Assembly (NCBI GenBank): GCA_043822305.1
Contig: JBDRBU010000048.1
Location: 1-34,091, forward strand
Direction of reading: 5' to 3'
Length of the DNA stretch: 34,091 bases
Source: Candidatus Firestoneibacteriota bacterium
GTDB lineage: Bacteria > Oederibacteriota > D2-FULL-39-29 > JBDRBU01
Below, in pieces: positions 27,917 through 34,091 of the stretch (position 1 is the stretch's first letter; each line of letters starts with the position of its first letter). A program made the translations under genes and the position numbers. The notes beneath the pieces were generated by a model that had not been told where the DNA came from, searched no databases, and was given only the letters and a program-made list of their open reading frames with translations.

Positions 27917-27973
27917 AACAAGATGTTCCCCGCTTTAAGCGGGTTAACATAACACGAGGAAGGAGTATGAGTT

Positions 27974-29134
27974 ATGAAGCGAATTTATTTAGATTATGCG
28001 GCGACAACACCTGTTCATCATGAGGTAATTACGGCCATGCTTCCTTATTTTAACGAAAAATTCGGGAATGCATCTACTATATATTATTATGGCCGGGAGG
28101 CAAAGTCAGAGATAGAAGCATCAAGAGAAATTTTTGCCAAGGCAATAGGAGCAGATATTTCTGAGGTTGTTTGGACAAGTGGTGGAACAGAATCCGATAA
28201 TTTCGCCATAAAAGGAGTTGCTTTTGCCAATAAAAACAAAGGGAATCATATTATTACATCTGCTTTAGAGCATCATGCAGTTTTAGAAACATGTCATTTT
28301 TTAGAAAAACAAGGATTTAATATTACATATCTACCTGTTGATAAAGATGGACTAATTAACCTGGCTGATGTGAAAAAGGCGATTACACCCAAGACAATTC
28401 TAATAACTATAATGTATTCCAATAATGAAATTGGTGTCATAGAACCGATAACTGAAATTGGCAAGATAGCGAAAGAACATAGTATATTTTTTCATACTGA
28501 TGCCGTACAGTCATTTGGGCAGGTACCTTTTAATGTAAATGATTTAAATATAGACTTACTATCTGTTTCTTCTCATAAGATATACGGGCCAAAAGGAGTA
28601 GGGGCTATTTATATAAGAAAAGGAACTAAGATGGTTTCATTTATGCATGGTGGAGAGCAAGAAAGAAATAGAAGAGCCGGAACAGAAAATGTCTCTGGAA
28701 TTGTTGGTTTTGGAAAAGCAGTAGAAATTGCCATGAGAGATATTTCAAAAGAATCCGAAAGATTAACTAAGCTAAGAGATAAATTAATTAAAGGAATTAT
28801 GGAAAAAATTTCAGATGTTAGATTAAATGGTCATCCAACTAAAAGACTACCAAACAATGTAAATTTATCTATCCAGTATATTGAAGGAGAATCCATGGTG
28901 CTTAATTTAGATATGGAAGGGATATGTGCTTCTACGGGTTCAGCCTGTACTTCTGGCTCATTGGAGCCTTCTCATGTTATAATGGCTCTGGGAGTGTCTC
29001 ATGAAATTGCTCATGGCTCTTTAAGATTTACCCTTGGGAAATATACAACAGAAGAAGATATAGATAAAGTTTTAAAAGTTTTATCCGAAATAGTCTCCCG
29101 TCTTAGGAAACTTTCACCATTATATAAAAAATAA
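27974..29134 (+). CDS. iscS: Cysteine desulfurase (IscS/NifS, group I)
   Basis: YLDYAATTP, TSGGTESDN, HTDAVQ, SSHKIYGPKG, STGSACTS. Confidence 0.93.
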   Translation: MKRIYLDYAATTPVHHEVITAMLPYFNEKFGNASTIYYYGREAKSEIEASREIFAKAIGADISEVVWTSGGTESDNFAIKGVAFANKNKGNHIITSALEHHAVLETCHFLEKQGFNITYLPVDKDGLINLADVKKAITPKTILITIMYSNNEIGVIEPITEIGKIAKEHSIFFHTDAVQSFGQVPFNVNDLNIDLLSVSSHKIYGPKGVGAIYIRKGTKMVSFMHGGEQERNRRAGTENVSGIVGFGKAVEIAMRDISKESERLTKLRDKLIKGIMEKISDVRLNGHPTKRLPNNVNLSIQYIEGESMVLNLDMEGICASTGSACTSGSLEPSHVIMALGVSHEIAHGSLRFTLGKYTTEEDIDKVLKVLSEIVSRLRKLSPLYKK

Positions 29135-29150
29135 AAAGTGTAAAAGGTTA

Positions 29151-29423
29151 TTAATATATTTCATCATGTGAACCTACATCAATTGGTATAATTCTGTTTT
29201 CTTCAATTAAAAAATCTAAACTTATTCGGTAAAATATATTTATAGAAGCTGAATATAAATCTGAAAGTTTACCTTTTAATTTATGTAAATGCAAAGAAGG
29301 GTGAGATGGGTTAAGTTCAAGTAGTTTTAAAGTCTTTTCATATTGTTTTAAAATTTCTGGATGCCGCTTTATAAATTTCTTTGCTCGTTTTATATAACTT
29401 TCGGTATATAATATTTTAAACAC
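29151..29423 (-). CDS. RelE/YafQ-superfamily toxin
   Basis: PSHPSLHLHKLKGKL...YSASIN..YRI...DVGSHDEIY. Confidence 0.85.
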   Translation of the reverse strand: MFKILYTESYIKRAKKFIKRHPEILKQYEKTLKLLELNPSHPSLHLHKLKGKLSDLYSASINIFYRISLDFLIEENRIIPIDVGSHDEIY

Positions 29424-29673
29424 GTATTATTTTCTTAATATGTTTTTCTACAGATTCTTCTATATATTTACCATTTTTTATATTATTTCGGGATTCTAGA
29501 AGTGCTACTTCCAACTCGCATTCTCTAAGATGATTATAAGTTTTAATTGGCAATATAGCATATTCAGTTTTACCTTTAACGGTAACAAGTACTTCTGTTT
29601 CATCAGAAATTACTTTATTTATAACAGATATTCCTTTGTTTTTTAATTCGTTAGCAGTTATTAAATTATTCAT
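29416..29673 (-). CDS. Phd/YefM-like antitoxin
   Basis: ITANELKNKG...VLVTVKGKTEYAIL; overlaps the toxin start. Confidence 0.8.
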   Translation of the reverse strand: MNNLITANELKNKGISVINKVISDETEVLVTVKGKTEYAILPIKTYNHLRECELEVALLESRNNIKNGKYIEESVEKHIKKIIRV

Positions 29674-29708
29674 AGTTAAAATCTCTCCTTCATTTTAGAA
29701 TGTTATTA

Positions 29709-29737
29709 ATAATACTAAAAATAATACTATTTGTCAA
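29709..29737 (-). promoter_or_regulatory. Promoter of the minus-strand TA pair with direct repeats
   Basis: Minus strand TTGACA-17 bp-TATTAT; ATAATACTA repeated at 29709 and 29721. Confidence 0.6.
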
Positions 29738-29820
29738 GGGCAAATTCGCCAAAATTTCACTTGATATTGTTGCTAAATTTTAATAGTATAATTAGAGTAC
29801 CTTTCAAAAAGGAGGAAGAT

Positions 29821-30624
29821 ATGTTTATAGATGTTCATCATCATTTAGGTAAAGAAAAAAATTACAAGCATTTACTTTACAATGAAGCCAAAAAATTAAA
29901 ATTAGATAAAGTGTGTCTTATGGGTTTGCCCGATTTTTATAACTGGTCTACAAATAAAGAAATATATTCTGCTCTGAAAACATATCCCGATATGTTTATT
30001 GGATTTGCATGTTTTAATCTGGGGAGAGGAGATAAAGTTGATGATTTAAAAAGATTTAAAGATAAAGGATTTAAAGGAATAAAGTTTATTGTCCCAAAAA
30101 AGGATTATGATGATAGAAGTTTTTATCCTATTTATAAAAAGATGGAAAAATTAAACTTAATTGCATTATTTCATACGGGTATTGTTTTAAGAAAAGATGA
30201 AGATAAAAAATATGATATAGATAACGACAGAATGCGACCTATTTATTTAGATACTATAGCTAGAGCATTTCCGAATTTAACTATAATATGTGCGCACCTT
30301 GGAAATCCATGGTATGAAGAGGCGAGTATGTCTCTTAGATGGAATCCAAATTTATACGCTGATTTAACAGGTTCTACTTTGAAAAGATTAAGCCCTGATC
30401 AAATAGAAAGTTTGCTCTGGTGGAAGAAAACTTCAAGATATAAAGACCCGCTTGGAAGAGGAGCATGGGAAAAAATAGTTTTTGGTAGTGATGTTCCTTA
30501 TTATGAAATTTATGATGTGTATAATGATTATAAAAAAATCATGAATATGCTGGATGTAAAGAAAAACAAACAGGAAAAAGTATTTGGAAATACAATGGCT
30601 AATTTATTGAAATTAAATGATTAA
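29821..30624 (+). CDS. Amidohydrolase_2 family metallo-hydrolase
   Basis: IDVHHH, GFKGIK, FHTG, ICAHLG, VFGSD; start ATG 29821 after AGGAGG. Confidence 0.85.
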   Translation: MFIDVHHHLGKEKNYKHLLYNEAKKLKLDKVCLMGLPDFYNWSTNKEIYSALKTYPDMFIGFACFNLGRGDKVDDLKRFKDKGFKGIKFIVPKKDYDDRSFYPIYKKMEKLNLIALFHTGIVLRKDEDKKYDIDNDRMRPIYLDTIARAFPNLTIICAHLGNPWYEEASMSLRWNPNLYADLTGSTLKRLSPDQIESLLWWKKTSRYKDPLGRGAWEKIVFGSDVPYYEIYDVYNDYKKIMNMLDVKKNKQEKVFGNTMANLLKLND

Positions 30625-32269
30625 ACATAAAAAAAAGATAATAATTGTAGCTTTATTTACAGTGATTTTTTGTGTAAGTTTTTTAGTTTTAAGTAATAAA
30701 TCAAGCAAGGAAGAGAATTTAATTTGCGGAAAACTAAATAATTCAATAGAGAATTATCTAATAAAAAGTTTTTTTGATGAGAATGGAGAAGAAATTAATT
30801 TAAACTCTTTAAAAACGGACTTTTTCAAAAGGGTTGTTTTTTCTTTTTCTGAAGATGAAGGATGGCCAAAAGAAATTTATACTGCTAAAATAAAAATAAA
30901 TGAAAAAGGTAAGATAACAAAAGTAAAAAATTTAATAAATCTTTCACAAACAGCAGATGGTGAAGAAGATATTTTTAAAATAAAAAATAACCGGGTTGCA
31001 TTTGCAACTTCAGTTCATGGCCGGTATCAATCAATAACAATTGTTAAAACTTCAAATAAAATTAGAAAACTTTTTGTATTTAACCCTGTGGCCAGAAAAA
31101 TATCATTAAACTGGGATGGAAAATTTTTGGTTGTTAAATATAAAATTGATGGGAAAGAAAATGAAGTTAAAATAAATCAAACTAATGGAATGATTACTCC
31201 TTTTATTAAAGAGTTAACATATTATCCGGAAATTAAAGGAGGAGAAAGTCTAATAAGTACTTTAGTAAATTTCAGCAGAGATATATTTGGCGGTGAATTT
31301 ATTGGTAATGTAGAAGCAGATTTTTTTATTGTAAAAGATTGGTTTGATAGTAAAATATATACTATAAAAAGATTTTTTACTTTTAAAGAAGCAAAAAAGG
31401 GAACTCAAACTTTTAAAAATATTTCAGAAATTTTACCGAATATTAATCCAGTTATAAAAGATGAGAATATTATTGGAGAAGGATTATGGATATCAGAGGA
31501 CATCGCCAAGACAGATATAGATAAAACACCTGTAATGGCACATACATTTATAAGACCAGATATGGATAAACCATATGCTGTGGTTGATTTACTTTATATT
31601 GATTCTACTGAAGTAAAAATAGTTCCTGTTTGTGGAACAGTTCATCCAGTATCGACAACAGGTTTAAAAGGGAAGGGAGTGATACCATATGATAATGATC
31701 TTAGAAGAAGGGTACTTTGTGCATTTAATGGTGGATTTCAAACGATCCATGGTGCATATGGAATGATGGTGGATGGAGATATTATTTTACCACCAAAAGA
31801 TGGAATGGCAACATTTTGTTTATATGCAGATGGTGGGATGAAAATGGGTGTCTGGGGAAAGGATATTTTTGATTCACCTTCATTAGTTTCATTCAGGCAG
31901 AATTTACCACCATTAATTTATGATGGGAAATTTAATAAAGAAAATAAATTCTGGGGTTTTTCTGCTAATAAGAGTAAAAGTATCTATGTCTGGAGGTCTG
32001 GAATTGGGTTTAGAAAAGATAAAAAAGTCATATTTGCCATTGGAAATTCTTTATCGCCTAACTCATTAGCCAAGGCAATGATATCTGCTGGTGTTGTCAT
32101 GGGAATGCATTTAGATATGAATTTTGTAAATGTTGCTTGTGAGTTTTATACTATTTCAGAGGATAAATTAATACCAAAAAATCTTTCAGAGAGATTGTTT
32201 TGTAAACCAGGTCGGTACTTAAAACCGCATACGAGAGATTTTTTTTATGTAGTAAGAAAAATAATATGA
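30617..32269 (+). CDS. Membrane-anchored phosphodiester glycosidase (NAGPA/DUF2233-like) domain protein
   Basis: N-terminal TM helix; AFNGGF, RQNLPPL, WRSGIG, MHLDMN motifs. Confidence 0.7.
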   Translation: MIKHKKKIIIVALFTVIFCVSFLVLSNKSSKEENLICGKLNNSIENYLIKSFFDENGEEINLNSLKTDFFKRVVFSFSEDEGWPKEIYTAKIKINEKGKITKVKNLINLSQTADGEEDIFKIKNNRVAFATSVHGRYQSITIVKTSNKIRKLFVFNPVARKISLNWDGKFLVVKYKIDGKENEVKINQTNGMITPFIKELTYYPEIKGGESLISTLVNFSRDIFGGEFIGNVEADFFIVKDWFDSKIYTIKRFFTFKEAKKGTQTFKNISEILPNINPVIKDENIIGEGLWISEDIAKTDIDKTPVMAHTFIRPDMDKPYAVVDLLYIDSTEVKIVPVCGTVHPVSTTGLKGKGVIPYDNDLRRRVLCAFNGGFQTIHGAYGMMVDGDIILPPKDGMATFCLYADGGMKMGVWGKDIFDSPSLVSFRQNLPPLIYDGKFNKENKFWGFSANKSKSIYVWRSGIGFRKDKKVIFAIGNSLSPNSLAKAMISAGVVMGMHLDMNFVNVACEFYTISEDKLIPKNLSERLFCKPGRYLKPHTRDFFYVVRKII

Positions 32270-32316
32270 AACCACAGCGATTACTTTGTATGTTCTGTGG
32301 TTAAAGGAGAAAAGTC

Positions 32317-33471
32317 ATGAAACAAGTTAAAATAGGTATTATAGGAGTAAGTGGCCGGGGAGGGATAGCCAGACACTGGCATAATCCAAAAGGGAATTCT
32401 GTTGTCCTTGCTGGTACTGATATAAAAGATGAAGCATTGCAGGGATTCAAAGAAAAAATCAATAAAGATGCATTTGTTACAAAAGATTATAGAGAACTTT
32501 TAAAAAGGAAGGATATAGATGCCGTGGCTATCACCTCTCCAGATTTTACTCATGAAGAATATGCAATGGCAGCACTAAAAGCAGGAAAACATGTATTTTG
32601 TGAAAAGCCACTGGCTATAACAGTTAAAGGATGTGATAGCATACTTAGTGAGTGGAAAAAATCAGGAAAGAAACTTATGGTAGGATTTAATATGAGATAT
32701 ATGAGAATATTTAGAGTGATGAAAGATATAGTGGATTCTGGTGCAATTGGAAAAGTAAAAGCAGTCTGGATAAGACATTTTGTAGGGGGAGGAGGTAACT
32801 GGTACTATCATGATTGGCATGCAAATCGTAAAAATACAACAAGTTTACTATTACAAAAAGCATCACATGATATTGATATGATGCACTGGATTACAGGAAG
32901 ATACACTAAAAAAGTTGCTGCCTTTGGAAGTTTGGATTATTATGGTGGAAATAAACCAAATGATTTAACATGTCCAAAGTGTTCTAAAAAAGACACTTGT
33001 ATTGAAGTTCAATTAGAAGACATGATTCAATGTGTTTTTAGAAAAGAAGTAAATGTGGAAGATAATAATGTTGTCATGATGGAATTAGAAGATGGAATAA
33101 AAGCAAGTTATACCCAATGCCATTTTACGCCTGATTATTTTAGAAACTATACATTTATTGGCACAGAAGGCAGGATAGAAAATTTAGACGACAATAATAA
33201 AGTAATGTTACTTAGTCGAAGCCGTTCAAATAAATGGAAGAATTATGCCAATAGAGTGTACGAGATAAAACCATCGGAAGGTGGACATTGTGGGGCCGAC
33301 CCTGTGATATGTAAAGATTTTATTGATATGATTCTTACAGGGAAAGAACCGCTTTCTACACCAATAGCAGGAAGAATGAGTGTTGCCGTTGGATGTGCTG
33401 CCACAGAATCACTCAGGGCGGGTGGAAAAATTGTACATATAAAATCATTACCCAGAGGATTGAAAAATTAA
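32317..33471 (+). CDS. Gfo/Idh/MocA family oxidoreductase
   Basis: IGIIGVSGRG, CEKP, VGFNMRY, LLQKASHDID, Cys cluster CPKC...C...C, GGHCGAD. Confidence 0.92.
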   Translation: MKQVKIGIIGVSGRGGIARHWHNPKGNSVVLAGTDIKDEALQGFKEKINKDAFVTKDYRELLKRKDIDAVAITSPDFTHEEYAMAALKAGKHVFCEKPLAITVKGCDSILSEWKKSGKKLMVGFNMRYMRIFRVMKDIVDSGAIGKVKAVWIRHFVGGGGNWYYHDWHANRKNTTSLLLQKASHDIDMMHWITGRYTKKVAAFGSLDYYGGNKPNDLTCPKCSKKDTCIEVQLEDMIQCVFRKEVNVEDNNVVMMELEDGIKASYTQCHFTPDYFRNYTFIGTEGRIENLDDNNKVMLLSRSRSNKWKNYANRVYEIKPSEGGHCGADPVICKDFIDMILTGKEPLSTPIAGRMSVAVGCAATESLRAGGKIVHIKSLPRGLKN

Positions 33472-33494
33472 GTATAATTGAAATTTAGGATAGT

Positions 33495-33951
33495 GTGATT
33501 TATATGAAAAACGATACCCCGAATATCATATTTAATGACAAAAATTTGCTGGTATTTAATAAACCATCTGGTTTACTTTCAATAAGGGACCATAGACATC
33601 CAGACGAAAAGACTATAATAGATATTGCCTGTGAATATTTAAAAGTAAGGGAGGTCTATCCTGTCCATAGGATTGATAAAGGTGCAAGCGGAATTCTTAT
33701 AATTACTAAAACTCCATATGCTCAAAAAAAGATGAGTGATATAATATATAGAAGGCAAATGAGGAAAATCTATTTAGCTTTAGTTACTGGTGAAGTTGAA
33801 AAAGATGGGAAGATAGATCTGCCGATTTTAAGAACAAAGTCTGGAAAAGTAAGGATAGATCAAAAAGGCAAACCAGCGTTTACTATATATAGAGTTAGGG
33901 AGAGATACAAAGGATATACATTATTAGAAGTTGAGCCAAAAACAGGCAGAA
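33495..33951 (+). pseudogene. RluA-family pseudouridine synthase truncated by an IS
   Basis: NKPSGL, VHRIDKGASG, KIYLALV, PKTGR; the expected THQIRVH is replaced by unrelated sequence from 33952. Confidence 0.85.
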
Positions 33952-34091
33952 TGATCAACGACAATTATAATTCCCTATTGACGACAATTATTTTTCCCTG
34001 TTTTTCTGTTCAATATTACTGCTGTTTTTGATGCTTTTTAAAGAGCGTTTTTTTGCTTCTTCCAGCCTGTAGCTTGAAAGATTCAGCTCAA
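33952..34091 (-). mobile_element. IS21-family element, right end (continues beyond the window)
   Basis: Starts TG; ACGACAATTAT..TTCCC repeated at 33958 and 33981 (multiple transposase sites); IstB-like tail on the minus strand. Confidence 0.75.
33988..34089 (-). CDS. istB: C-terminus of IS21 helper ATPase IstB (partial)
   Basis: ELNLSSYRLEEAKKRSLKSIKNSSNIEQKNREK*; the ELN..SYR motif is typical of IstB ends. Confidence 0.65.
   Translation of the reverse strand, partial: ELNLSSYRLEEAKKRSLKSIKNSSNIEQKNREK

Noticed and set aside
27928..27944. CCCGC-TTTAA-GCGGG hairpin as a GTAG REP or terminator
   Set aside because: No GTAG tail or U tract; single short stem
32270..32302. AACCACAG...CTGTGGTT inverted repeat
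   Set aside because: Single 8-bp stem with a long loop; function cannot be assigned
1..34091. tRNA, rRNA, prophage or integron integrase
   Set aside because: No cloverleaf, rRNA-like, phage or integrase sequence recognised

Overview
AT-rich bacterial chromosomal window, probably from a diderm anaerobe of a poorly characterised lineage (inference from the outer-membrane beta-barrel and FecR-like genes). The housekeeping backbone is smc; purE-tsaC-LMW phosphatase-rpiB-glyA-dCMP deaminase-WecA/TagO; xseA-xseB-ispA-dxs-nadK-recN; iscS; and a RluA-family gene. Accessory DNA interrupts it repeatedly: a Cys-rich AbrB-fold (HgcC-like) / SAM methyltransferase / ArsM operon with a consensus promoter and perfect operator, an AbiE type IV TA pair, two type II TA pairs, an orphan hsdM plus DUF1016 with scars of a TIR (ThsB-like) gene and hsdS, fragments of a DNA methylase and radC, and an IS21-family end that truncates the RluA gene. 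Several small repeat families are present (23-nt GTAG REPs, GTAA-ended and GGGA-ended MITE-like elements, GGGGTCAGA motifs), and two 24-bp palindromic insertions sit in frame inside nadK and dxs. The most unusual items are an SMC with intact heads but no recognisable hinge, and the ArsR-less metalloid methylation operon. All calls come from motif recognition by eye; no searches were run.
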